Below are positions 55,578-64,000 of a stretch of DNA of 64,000 nt, piece by piece. The notes under the pieces are model-generated. The model searched no databases and was not told where the DNA came from. It was given only the letters and a program-made list of their open reading frames with translations. Within the stretch, counting starts at the first letter, position 1. Each line of letters opens with the position of its first letter. Source of the stretch: Candidatus Doudnabacteria bacterium (lineage in GTDB: Bacteria; Patescibacteriota; Doudnabacteria; UBA920); the NCBI GenBank assembly GCA_003151625.1, contig PLYC01000010.1:133515-197514 (forward strand). Direction: 5' to 3'. Made by a program: the position numbers and the translations under genes.

Positions 55578-56037
55578 AAAAAATTTAATTTATTATACTT
55601 CCACGCAATAAGTTTGTTCACAAAATTATTATTTTATATTAATATAGTTTTAGTTTTCGGCCTTTGCTTTTACCGGTATAAGTTTTCTGTAGCCGCTCCA
55701 TCGTGTTGGAAATGATTTTAAATCCAATAGCCATTTTTTAATTTTCGTAAAGTTTTTTTCCTTGGCTCCTTAAGCATAGAATTTATTATAACTTCTGTAT
55801 ACGGCAAAAATCTGTATTACAACATTAAAGCCTCAGCTAAGCCTTAAGAAATATTTAATAGCCTAGTTAAATAACTTATTAATTGTTTAACTGAAGATAT
55901 TACCCATAAAATAGGTAGAAGGTTCACAACAAGTGGATAATTAACCTTGTAGCTATATCTATCCTCCATAATAGAGAGTACGCTTAAGGCTCTGGATATA
56001 AAGCAACAAAGGTCGAAAATAATAAGGAGAAAAATAT

Positions 56038-56244
56038 ATGGATTCCAAAAAATCAATACTACCCGCCAAAAAAAGGCAACACAAAATATCTTTTCATGAA
56101 GGCGGATTGCACGCCTCTACCGGTACTCCTTTGTCAAAAAAGATTTCACCCGCAAAGCACGCCTCGGCAAAATCCGGAAAACTAGGTTCAAAGGCCCAAA
56201 AACAGGAAATGTTTTATGAAAATGTTTTAAAACGCCGAAAATAA
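56038..56244 (+). CDS. Hypothetical small basic protein
   Basis: 68 aa ORF downstream of an R3 element. Confidence 0.3.
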   Translation: MDSKKSILPAKKRQHKISFHEGGLHASTGTPLSKKISPAKHASAKSGKLGSKAQKQEMFYENVLKRRK

Positions 56245-56681
56245 AGGTTTCCCCGCCGCAAGCAGCGGAGTATTACCGCAAGGACATTTCTGTAAATTCG
56301 CGGCAAGCCGCGGGGTATTAAACCTTTCTTAGCTCCTCGGCTCGCAAAGTAATGCCTTAAGGCATTACTTTGTCTCGCCTACGTCGCGAATAACAAAGAA
56401 TTAAAGCACACACAATCGGCATAAAACTATGGGCATTTGAGCAATCCGACGGCTTTATAAAAGCTTTTGCCTTAGGTTTTACGCTAGTTAAACTTTTCTG
56501 CCGATATCTCCGTACCAGATTTAACCACCGGTTGCTGGAATTACAATAAATTTTGGGTACGCACATTCCAATTTTATCAAATAGAGCCAGCCAAACAAAA
56601 ATCGCAAGTGGCGGTTTTTTTAGTTTTACAAAACTATGCCCGCTCTATTTATGATATAATGTAGTAAATTAATCCAACAAA

Positions 56682-57230
56682 ATGAAACAAAATAATATTG
56701 AATTTTTAGAGCCTCCGTTTTCACGGTTTTTGTTTGCTAATACAAAAATGGCTTGGTTATGGCTAATTATTCGTCTTTATGTGGGATGGCAATGGGTGGA
56801 AGCCGGCTGGGGCAAGGTGCATAGCAATTTATGGGTGGGTAGCCAGGCCGGCGTAGCTTTACGGGGGTTTTTACAAAGCTCACTGGTTAAGGCCGCGGGC
56901 GCGCATCCGGACGTACAGGGGTGGTACGCAGGATACATCCAAAACTTTGTAATGCCCCATGCCGCGGGTTTTGGCTATTTGGTGGCCTATGGCGAGCTTT
57001 TGGTGGGTATTGCCCTAATTTTGGGCATTTTTACGGGTATTGCGGCATTTTTTGGCACCTTTATGAACCTTAATTATCTGTTAGCCGGAGCTGTGAGCAT
57101 AAACCCCATTTTACTGTTATTACAATTATTTTTAATACTGGCCTGGCGGGTGGCCGGCTGGTATGGATTTGACCGTTGGGCACTCCCCGCTCTCGGGACG
57201 CCCTGGCAAAAAGGAAGTGTGTTTAAATAA
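56682..57230 (+). CDS. DoxX-family membrane protein
   Basis: WLWLIIRLYVGWQWVEAGWGKV is the DoxX signature. Four TM segments. Confidence 0.8.
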   Translation: MKQNNIEFLEPPFSRFLFANTKMAWLWLIIRLYVGWQWVEAGWGKVHSNLWVGSQAGVALRGFLQSSLVKAAGAHPDVQGWYAGYIQNFVMPHAAGFGYLVAYGELLVGIALILGIFTGIAAFFGTFMNLNYLLAGAVSINPILLLLQLFLILAWRVAGWYGFDRWALPALGTPWQKGSVFK

Positions 57231-57256
57231 AGAGATTAGAGATTAAAGATTAAAGT

Positions 57257-57634
57257 ATGGATCAGGACAAAGATTTAGAAAAAAAAATAAATTTATATCA
57301 AGATGTGGCAAAAGACAACCCCAATGTGGATGTAGGGATGTTAATGTTAAATGCTCTGCAGAATGAAGATAAAAACAAAGTTTCGTCTAAAATGAAACGC
57401 TGGTCGTATTTAATTTCCCTGAGCGCGCCGCCTTTTGGTCTGCTGTTTGCTTTAAAACTTTATTTTAGCGACGAGGACGATGCCAAAGATGTGGCCTGGA
57501 TGTGCGTAACTTTAACAGCGGTATCTATATTGCTGTTTGCCATTGGCGCCAAAATGTTGTTTTCCAGTTCCGGTGCCAGCGTCAGCCAAATTGAAAAAAT
57601 TACTCCCCAGCAAATTCAGGAGCTGGGACAATAA
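57257..57634 (+). CDS. Hypothetical membrane protein
   Basis: 125 aa with two hydrophobic segments. Confidence 0.4.
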   Translation: MDQDKDLEKKINLYQDVAKDNPNVDVGMLMLNALQNEDKNKVSSKMKRWSYLISLSAPPFGLLFALKLYFSDEDDAKDVAWMCVTLTAVSILLFAIGAKMLFSSSGASVSQIEKITPQQIQELGQ

Positions 57635-57741
57635 AAAGTATTAAGTAAAATTGACCATAATTAAGTAAAATTAAATAAAATTTACTTCAGCCCAATTTTA
57701 CTTAATTTTATTTATTTTTATTTATTTTTAATTAATACTCT

Positions 57742-59475
57742 TTATTTTCCCGCCGTTCGTGTGGGAGCTACCTGCATATAATTTAAAATAAATTGCGCCA
57801 ATTGGCCCCAGGGCGGCACAGCCGTGCTTTCGGCAAAGTTGGCGTCACGCGGATGGTCCACCCGAATAAGCATGACAAACTGGGGATTTTCCACCGGCGC
57901 GAAACCAATAAAAGATCCGATGTTGTCGTTGACAATATATTTACCGTTTTGAACAACTTGAGCGGTGCCGGTTTTCCCCGCCACATAATAACCCGGCACT
58001 GCGGCTTTTTTTCCAAAACCGTTTTCCACTACATCCACCAGCATCGCGTCTATTGTGGCGGCAGTTTGAGGCGAAATTACCTGGCTAACAACCTGGGCTT
58101 GGGTGTTTTTGATAGTTCCATCGGGATAAATTTTAGACTGAACAATATACGGCTTCATCATTTTCCCGCCGTTGGCCAGGGCTCCGTAAGCCTGAAGCAT
58201 TTGGATTGGCGTAGCGGAAATCCCCTGCCCAAAACTCGCCGTGTCATAATTTACCGCAACATTGCCGTTAAGCCCGCTTAAGTCGCCTCTGGTCTCCGGC
58301 AGTTCAATGCCGGTGGGTTTGCCAAACCCGAACTTTTGTACATATTTTAAAAAGTCCGGGTTGCCCAATTGATTTTCCGTGTAAATCGCGCCAGTGTTAA
58401 GCGACCAATCCAAAACCTGGGTCATAGTTTGTACGCCACGCGCGCCGGGTTCCGCATTTTTAATTACATAATTATCCACCGCGACCTTCCCGGTATCGGT
58501 GTAAGTGGTGTCCGGGGTAATTTTCCCCTCGTCCAAAGCCGCGGCCATAGTAATGGCTTTAAAAGTTGAGCCCGGCTCGTAAGCCCCGGTTACAGCCTGG
58601 TTGTTGAACACCGAGGGGTCAGTAACTTTTCCGTAATTATTAGGGTCAAAATCGGGATAACTGGCAATGGCTAAAATCGCTCCGGTTTTGGGATTCATAA
58701 CAATAACATCACCGCTGTCCGCGCCGTTTTTGGTTACCATATCTTTAAGCACGCTCTCGGCCTGAAACTGGATGGTCTTGTCCACGGTCAAAATTAAATT
58801 CACACCGTCTTCGGCCGGTTTTTCGTTATTCGTCGCTCCAAAAATTTGCGCTCCGGATGGATCTTGCTCCGCTACCAGTTCACCGGGCGTGCCGGCTAGC
58901 TCTTTATCAAAATATCTTTCCAGCCCGTACAAACCCGATTTTTGCCCCGCGGCGTTAAAGCCCACAAAACCCAAAGTCTGGCTTAGCAACGTGTTTTGCG
59001 GGTATATTCTGGTGTCCTCGGAATCAAAATAAATTCCCGGGAGAGCCAAATCTTTTATTTTTTGCTGTTCGCTGTCCGTGAGCTGTTTTTTTAACGGGAC
59101 ATATTTTTTGTCCGTTTGAATAATTTTTGCCAGAACATCTTTTGAATTTAAATTTAAAACCGATGCCAAACTGCTGGCGGCTAAATTGGGATTTAAAATG
59201 TCGTTTGGCACAGCGTAAACTAAATAGCTTTTGGTATTGGTGGCCACCGGAACGGTTTGCTCGGAAAATTTGTCCGCCAATTTAATTTCGCCGCGGCTGG
59301 GAAATAATTTTAAATATATGCTGTGTTGTTGGTTGGCTTCCAGCCTGGCCTGGGCGCCGCGAATCACCTGCAAATAAAATAATCTATAAACTATAACGGC
59401 AAAAAACAGCAATAAAAAAGCAGTCAAAAGGCTGCTTCTGTGGTTAAAGGAACTTTGAACTATTTTACGAGCCAT
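57742..59475 (-). CDS. ftsI: Peptidoglycan D,D-transpeptidase (class B PBP, FtsI-like)
   Basis: N-terminal TM anchor, STFK active-site motif, SLN and KTGTA. dcw-cluster context with ftsL, rsmH and mraZ. Confidence 0.9.
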   Translation of the reverse strand: MARKIVQSSFNHRSSLLTAFLLLFFAVIVYRLFYLQVIRGAQARLEANQQHSIYLKLFPSRGEIKLADKFSEQTVPVATNTKSYLVYAVPNDILNPNLAASSLASVLNLNSKDVLAKIIQTDKKYVPLKKQLTDSEQQKIKDLALPGIYFDSEDTRIYPQNTLLSQTLGFVGFNAAGQKSGLYGLERYFDKELAGTPGELVAEQDPSGAQIFGATNNEKPAEDGVNLILTVDKTIQFQAESVLKDMVTKNGADSGDVIVMNPKTGAILAIASYPDFDPNNYGKVTDPSVFNNQAVTGAYEPGSTFKAITMAAALDEGKITPDTTYTDTGKVAVDNYVIKNAEPGARGVQTMTQVLDWSLNTGAIYTENQLGNPDFLKYVQKFGFGKPTGIELPETRGDLSGLNGNVAVNYDTASFGQGISATPIQMLQAYGALANGGKMMKPYIVQSKIYPDGTIKNTQAQVVSQVISPQTAATIDAMLVDVVENGFGKKAAVPGYYVAGKTGTAQVVQNGKYIVNDNIGSFIGFAPVENPQFVMLIRVDHPRDANFAESTAVPPWGQLAQFILNYMQVAPTRTAGK

Positions 59476-59623
59476 GGTGTTACATAGTTAAGACTTCCGG
59501 GCGATCGGGTTGTAGCGGAGGGCATTGCCCTCCATTATGTGACGGCCAGCGGTGGCCGCCGCTACATCGCCAATAAATCCACCTCGGCTTCGCGAGAGCG
59601 AGACGGGTCGGCATGCTACATGC

Positions 59624-59995
59624 TTATCTCTCCGCCACCCGCGTTGCCTGTAAAAATTTTGGCGTGCCGGCCGGAACAAAATTTGCGGCTGTAAAATCGT
59701 TTTGGATTTGCACCATAGAAGAGGCTTCGGAGACCTGCAAGTTAATAGATTTATTACTGCTGTTTAAAACATTCAACTGTTTTTGCATAATGGCTATTTG
59801 ATACCCGGTGTCCGCAAACTGGTTTACCCCGTAAATGTAACTCATTAGCAAAACCGCGTTTACGGCAATTAGTGAAATGGAAAACCAAAATTTTAAATTG
59901 CTTTGGGTTTCGACTTTTTTAATTACGCGTATCCCGGGAGCTTTACGGGCGGAAAACGACTGCCAAAAATTATCTAGAACTAAGGCTTTTAACAT
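59624..59995 (-). CDS. ftsL: FtsL-like cell-division protein (single TM + coiled coil)
   Basis: Size, topology and position between rsmH and ftsI. Confidence 0.55.
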   Translation of the reverse strand: MLKALVLDNFWQSFSARKAPGIRVIKKVETQSNLKFWFSISLIAVNAVLLMSYIYGVNQFADTGYQIAIMQKQLNVLNSSNKSINLQVSEASSMVQIQNDFTAANFVPAGTPKFLQATRVAER

Positions 59996-60121
59996 AGACT
60001 CATTTGCTGACGATTTTAATTTTTATTTTTTGTTTTGAGCTTTTGGCTTGTTTTATTTTTATTTTTCCGGCGGAGCCGGATCCCGTTCCGCGGGACATAT
60101 CCATAATCATTTATTTGCGTG

Positions 60122-61168
60122 TTAAAGTTTTGTAATCGCTCTTAGCTTTGCCGGTTTGCTTTTACTATTCAGTGCTAATTCGTGCGAATTAGCACTCACC
60201 GGTTTTTTTGTTAAAATTCTGCCCCTAGGGTCTCGCCCGCAAATACATTGGGGGAAATCTGGAGGGCAAACACAGCCTTTGGTTAACCCAACAAAAAATT
60301 GTTTAACAATTCTGTCTTCCAGAGAATGAAAGCTTACCACCACAAGCCTACCGCCGGGAACTAACAAATCAAAGGCTTTGGGCAAAAATTCCTGCAAATT
60401 TTCCAACTCGTGATTAACCTCTATCCTCAAGGCCTGGAAAATTCTCCTGGCACTGTCATCGGCCTTATGCTTTACCGGCTTTGGCAGCGCCTCTTCGATA
60501 ATCTGATAAAGTTGGTCTGTGTGCGTTATTTGGTTCCTGGTTCTTGAGTCTTGAATCTTCCGGCCTATTTGCCGGGCAAACTTCTCCTCGCCGTAATCTT
60601 CAAAAATTTTTATCAGCCGTTTTTCGTCGTAACTATTTAAAATAAACTTTGCATCTTCCGGCTGGCTTTGGTTAAACCTCATATCCAGCGGCTGGTTTGT
60701 CTGGAAGCTAATTCCGCGATGTTCTAATTCGTACGATGACAGTCCGAGATCTGCGACAATCCCGTCAGGAGCGGGAAAATTATGATTCTTTACTATGTGA
60801 TCTATCTTGGCAAAATTCCCCTGGATTATCATCGCGTTTCCACCCTCCCCTAGCCCCTCCCCTGAAGGGAGGGGAAAAGAACCCCCTAGATGTTCTGCAG
60901 TTTCCTCTCCCTTTAGGGGGGAGGTTAGGTGGGGGTGATTTTTGATATTTAAAATTTGAAGTTTAAAATTTTCTACCGCATCTTTATCCAAATCAATGGC
61001 CAGTAATTTCCCAGTTTTACCAATTTCTTTTAATATCGCTTTACTGTATCCCCCACCTCCTAAAGTCGCGTCCACGATATTCTGACCAGAACCGGGACTA
61101 AGATACTCCAAAACCTCGTTAAGTAGGACTGGAATGTGTTCATAGGTGTTCATTATGATATTAACCAA
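60122..61168 (-). CDS. rsmH: 16S rRNA (cytosine1402-N4)-methyltransferase RsmH with an in-frame GC-rich insertion
   Basis: HIPVLLNEVLEYL, VDATLGGGGYS and FHSLEDRIVK motifs. Extra segment HLTSPLKGEETAEHLGGSFPLPSGEGLGEGG. Confidence 0.9.
   Translation of the reverse strand: MVNIIMNTYEHIPVLLNEVLEYLSPGSGQNIVDATLGGGGYSKAILKEIGKTGKLLAIDLDKDAVENFKLQILNIKNHPHLTSPLKGEETAEHLGGSFPLPSGEGLGEGGNAMIIQGNFAKIDHIVKNHNFPAPDGIVADLGLSSYELEHRGISFQTNQPLDMRFNQSQPEDAKFILNSYDEKRLIKIFEDYGEEKFARQIGRKIQDSRTRNQITHTDQLYQIIEEALPKPVKHKADDSARRIFQALRIEVNHELENLQEFLPKAFDLLVPGGRLVVVSFHSLEDRIVKQFFVGLTKGCVCPPDFPQCICGRDPRGRILTKKPVSANSHELALNSKSKPAKLRAITKL
60840..60937. repeat. GC-rich palindromic element inserted in-frame in rsmH (same family as 12648-12778)
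   Basis: CCACCCTCCCC...GGTGGGGGTG termini. Internal hairpins CCCCTCCCC-TGAA-GGGAGGGG and CCTCTCCC-TTTA-GGGGGGAGG. Confidence 0.7.
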
Positions 61169-61854
61169 AGCATGAAGATGTTTGTAAAATAAACTTCCAA
61201 TTTAAACTTGGAATCCAAATTCCTTTATAATTACACACTGATGCATAGCCTTCTCCTGATTTTAGGGTATCGGTAGTATTCCAGGAAAAGCGAATTCTAT
61301 TTGTCCAAACCAACGCTATTAAAAAAATCAAAATGATTATCGTACCGGTTATCTTTGTAGATTTTTTCATTTTTGTTTTTCCCTGTCATTCCGGAATTTG
61401 GAGTGCGCCCGACAAATATCCGGAATCCAGGTATCCCAGAACGTCGCTAAATAAAACCGGAATGTGGCCATAGTTGTTCATTACTTAAACATTAGTTTTT
61501 TTATTGCCCCGATTTAAAAGGATAAAAACTGCTCCCAAAATACCAGTTATGGGCACAAAGATAGCGATACCAATCCATCCGCTTCCTTGTGTAGAAGGCC
61601 GAAATAATATCACGATAGACCATAACAAATACCCCAAACTAACAATAAAAAAAAGTAGTACTATGATTCTTAAAACTTTTTTAATTTTTTGCCACATTAT
61701 TTTTATTTTTTTGTTTATTTGTCATCCCGCCCGAGTGCATCCGAGAGCCGGGATCTAGTTCAAGCAAGAATCTGGATCCCGGATATTTTTTACGGCTGAC
61801 GATGTGCTTTGGCGTAAAAAATTCCGGGATGACACACCTTTTTTTAAAAAACGG

Positions 61855-62286
61855 CTAAACTCCTAAAGACCCCAACTGTTCCGCTATCTGGTTTGAAGCC
61901 GCTTCGGTTTGCGCTTTGTAGGCTGTCCAGAGTTCTTCGCTCCAAATTTCTATACGGTTGTAGAGGCCGACCACAATAACTTTTTTGTTGATTTTGGCGA
62001 ATGTTTTTAAATAGCCGGGAATGATTATGCGCCCCTGCTTGTCAATTTCACAATCCATGGCGCCGGCCAACATGAGCCTGGAAAAAGCGCGGGTATTGGC
62101 GGTAGAAATTGGGAGACTAGCCAACTTTTCCGCAAGCTTTTTCCACTCATCCATACTATACAAAAAAAGTGAATTGTCTAACCCCCTGGTAACAACAATT
62201 TTTGATTTCAAACTCGGGCGAAACTTTGCCGGAATGGAAATTCTGCCTTTGTCGTCAATACTGGCTTGATATTCGCCGATGAACAT
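61855..62286 (-). CDS. mraZ: Transcriptional regulator MraZ
   Basis: MFIGEYQASIDDKGRISIPAKFR and a second SpoVT/AbrB-like half. Confidence 0.9.
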   Translation of the reverse strand: MFIGEYQASIDDKGRISIPAKFRPSLKSKIVVTRGLDNSLFLYSMDEWKKLAEKLASLPISTANTRAFSRLMLAGAMDCEIDKQGRIIIPGYLKTFAKINKKVIVVGLYNRIEIWSEELWTAYKAQTEAASNQIAEQLGSLGV

Positions 62287-62312
62287 TTTTCTAGTTTAGT
62301 TCTTGTTAGACC

Positions 62313-62433
62313 GCTGATTGGTCGCTGATAGGTACGCTGATCTTGCCGCTGAATTTTACCACCCTACTCGGGGAGAATGCTTAGACTCAGCGACTTTTCA
62401 GCGGTTACAGTCATTCAGCGGCTATTTCAGCGG
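62313..62433. repeat. Phased GCTGAT x4 / TCAGCG x5 inverted-array element upstream of mraZ (paralog of 13571-13712)
   Basis: ccGCTGATtggtcGCTGATaggtacGCTGATcttgccGCTGAA ... acTCAGCGacttTTCAGCGgttacagtcatTCAGCGgctatTTCAGCGG. Repeat period 11-12 bp. Confidence 0.6.
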
Positions 62434-62646
62434 AGTAGGGATATCCACAAGTCACACCACTTATCCCCACTTTTATCCACTTTTTACCATTGCTTATACA
62501 TTATATACCACAAAGACCCATAAGTCAAAGCTCGTAAAACTTTGTCAAACAATTAAAATACCCCTTAATTAAGGAGTATCTTAATACTTTTATAATTGTC
62601 TCTAAACTATATCCACAGCTATAAAAAAATTACTTGTTTTATGTCT

Positions 62647-63129
62647 TTATCCACTGATTATTTTGTAAGCCGCGATGCCAAAGGCCACGGAAACATTTAG
62701 GCTTTCCTTTTTACCGAGCATCGGGATTTCCACTACCGCATCGCAAAGCTTAAGCAATGACTTCTGTATCCCCTCCCGTTCCTCGCCTAAGATTAAAGCC
62801 AACGGAGACTTTGGTTTAAATTTATTTAGCGCCTTGGCTTTTACATTATTTTCCAAGCCGATGACTGTAAGTTTTGGGTATTGCTTGCGAAGTGACCTAA
62901 TAACCGCAAAAGCCGTGGGACTTTTTTCCCATGGTATCCAGGTTTCCGCTCCCAGCGCCACTTTGGATATTTTTGCAAGATGCGCGGGGTTTACAGGCGT
63001 ACCGGTATAGCCGGTTAAATAAATTTTATTGACATTAAAAGCGTCGGCAGTGCGAAAAATTGAGCCGACATTGTATAAAGATCTAATATTATTGGCAATT
63101 ACAAAAAATTCTTTGCCTGATTTTGGCAT
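62647..63129 (-). CDS. SpoU/TrmH-family RNA 2'-O-methyltransferase (SPOUT)
   Basis: GSIFRTADAF, LILGEEREG and VEIPMLG SPOUT motifs. Confidence 0.8.
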   Translation of the reverse strand: MPKSGKEFFVIANNIRSLYNVGSIFRTADAFNVNKIYLTGYTGTPVNPAHLAKISKVALGAETWIPWEKSPTAFAVIRSLRKQYPKLTVIGLENNVKAKALNKFKPKSPLALILGEEREGIQKSLLKLCDAVVEIPMLGKKESLNVSVAFGIAAYKIISG

Positions 63130-63325
63130 TTTTGTATTAGTAGGAATTACGCGCTTGGCCGAGTACGAGGCATTTTGGGAGGATTTTTGGAGGCGTAGTT
63201 CGACTACGTCGGCAAAAACCGCAGCAAAATAACGAAGTAATCGGCCAAGTCCTTGTGGTTTGAGGCAACAAGATATAATTTTTGTTCATTTTTGCCTCAA
63301 ACGCGTAAGTCCTAATTAGGACAAA

Positions 63326-63724
63326 CTATTTTTGAGAAGACCCGGCGTTACAAATTCTGTCAATTCGTTTTGTTAAGATCCCCATTGTGACATCGGACTT
63401 CATAAAATAAGCTTCAACTTTGTATTTAGTGACCTTCTCAATGCTTTCATTATCGCTCAAGTTACTGACCACTAACACGGGAGTTTTTGCCAAAACCTGC
63501 TCCGGCATGGCTCGCAATTTTTCCAGGAACTTGAAACCATCAAGTTTAGGCAAAAGCAAATCCAATACTATTAAGTCCGGCCGACTGGCCTCCACTTGAT
63601 GCAGGGCTTCTTCCCCGTCTTTGGCCGGCACTACCAAATATCTGCCGATTAATTGGCTAAGAATTACGTTTCTTAACATATCATCGTCCTCCACTACTAA
63701 AATTTTTTTATCTGAATAGCTCAT
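63326..63724 (-). CDS. Stand-alone response-regulator receiver domain
   Basis: ILVVEDDD...LIVLDLLLPKLDG...VVSNL. Confidence 0.8.
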   Translation of the reverse strand: MSYSDKKILVVEDDDMLRNVILSQLIGRYLVVPAKDGEEALHQVEASRPDLIVLDLLLPKLDGFKFLEKLRAMPEQVLAKTPVLVVSNLSDNESIEKVTKYKVEAYFMKSDVTMGILTKRIDRICNAGSSQK

Positions 63725-63742
63725 ATTTAAGGTCGATTATTT

Positions 63743-63967
63743 TTATACCAATAAACTTAAATTAACTCCGTCGTCCAACCTGCGGTCAAGCGTGCCATCC
63801 ATTTGAGTTAGAAAAATTTCACAGGTAATTGAAACTGCCATTTTAGATACATGGCCTCCGATGGTGGAAAAATCGGTTCGACCAAACATACCGTGGGAAT
63901 GTAGCACCGGCTGTCCGTCTTTTAAACCGCCGTTGCCGCTGAACGAAATAATTTCCAAATCTTCCAC
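63743..63967 (-). CDS. PPC/DUF296-like small protein (tentative)
   Basis: The HSHGMFGRTDF...GGHV pattern resembles DUF296. Confidence 0.35.
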   Translation of the reverse strand: MEDLEIISFSGNGGLKDGQPVLHSHGMFGRTDFSTIGGHVSKMAVSITCEIFLTQMDGTLDRRLDDGVNLSLLV

Positions 63968-64000
63968 AAAAGGTTTTGTGCGCCAATTTTTTATATGGGT

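Overview
This 64 kb window looks like a chromosomal segment of a small-genome bacterium of the CPR/Patescibacteria type. The evidence is sequence-only: about 38% GC, dense and often overlapping genes, many small proteins, and a four-helix-bundle (TIGR02436-type) protein.

Core genes, in order:
- A YbaK-like deacylase, scpA, a small membrane ORF and scpB.
- A beta-glucoside-type sugar-utilisation cluster: ROK kinase, a secreted clan GH-A hydrolase, a permease-like membrane protein and a GH1 beta-glucosidase.
- tRNA-Glu(CUC), the four-helix-bundle gene and lexA.
- A membrane-anchored PP2C-like/NHL protein, a tRNA-dihydrouridine synthase, rplJ-rplL with leader and promoter, a DUF218 protein and a DEAD-box helicase with a long structured 5' UTR.
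- An SRPBCC protein, an IMPase-family protein, and a tRNA-Gln locus with a YhbQ-like GIY-YIG gene.
- A GT2 glycosyltransferase, a GNAT acetyltransferase and an LD-carboxypeptidase.
- A complete his operon on the minus strand: hisS-hisG(short)-hisD-hisC-hisB(bifunctional)-hisH-hisA/hisF fusion-hisIE.
- A YerC/TrpR-like regulator, an IS3-family IS, and a glycogen cluster (glgA, GH57, alpha-glucan phosphorylase).
- An accessory block: isochorismatase, a YahK-like ADH, cupin, cfa, a frameshifted methyltransferase, two ArsR regulators, a receiver domain, a histidine kinase with an indel in a tandem repeat, another receiver and an ICMT-family methyltransferase.
- DoxX, then the start of the dcw cluster in reverse (ftsI, ftsL, rsmH, mraZ), a SpoU methyltransferase and a receiver domain.

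The most striking feature is a ~5.7 kb island at about 22.98-28.6 kb with ~60% GC against the ~38% backbone. It sits immediately downstream of the his operon and carries two tandem, overlapping HisRS-like paralogs, a MIO-dependent HAL/PAL-family ammonia-lyase, and two small unknown proteins. This is a candidate histidine-centred accessory or biosynthetic system of unknown function.

Other notable observations:
- GC-rich palindromic elements inserted in-frame into conserved genes (the Dus gene twice, rsmH once).
- A tRNA-Gln locus whose flanks carry the two halves of a second tRNA-Gln, separated by a GIY-YIG gene and an intact tRNA-Gln.
- Several dispersed repeat families, including tRNA-3'-end-like fragments and phased TCAGCG/GCTGA arrays upstream of mraZ and between rplJ and rplL.
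- A natural HisA-HisF fusion.
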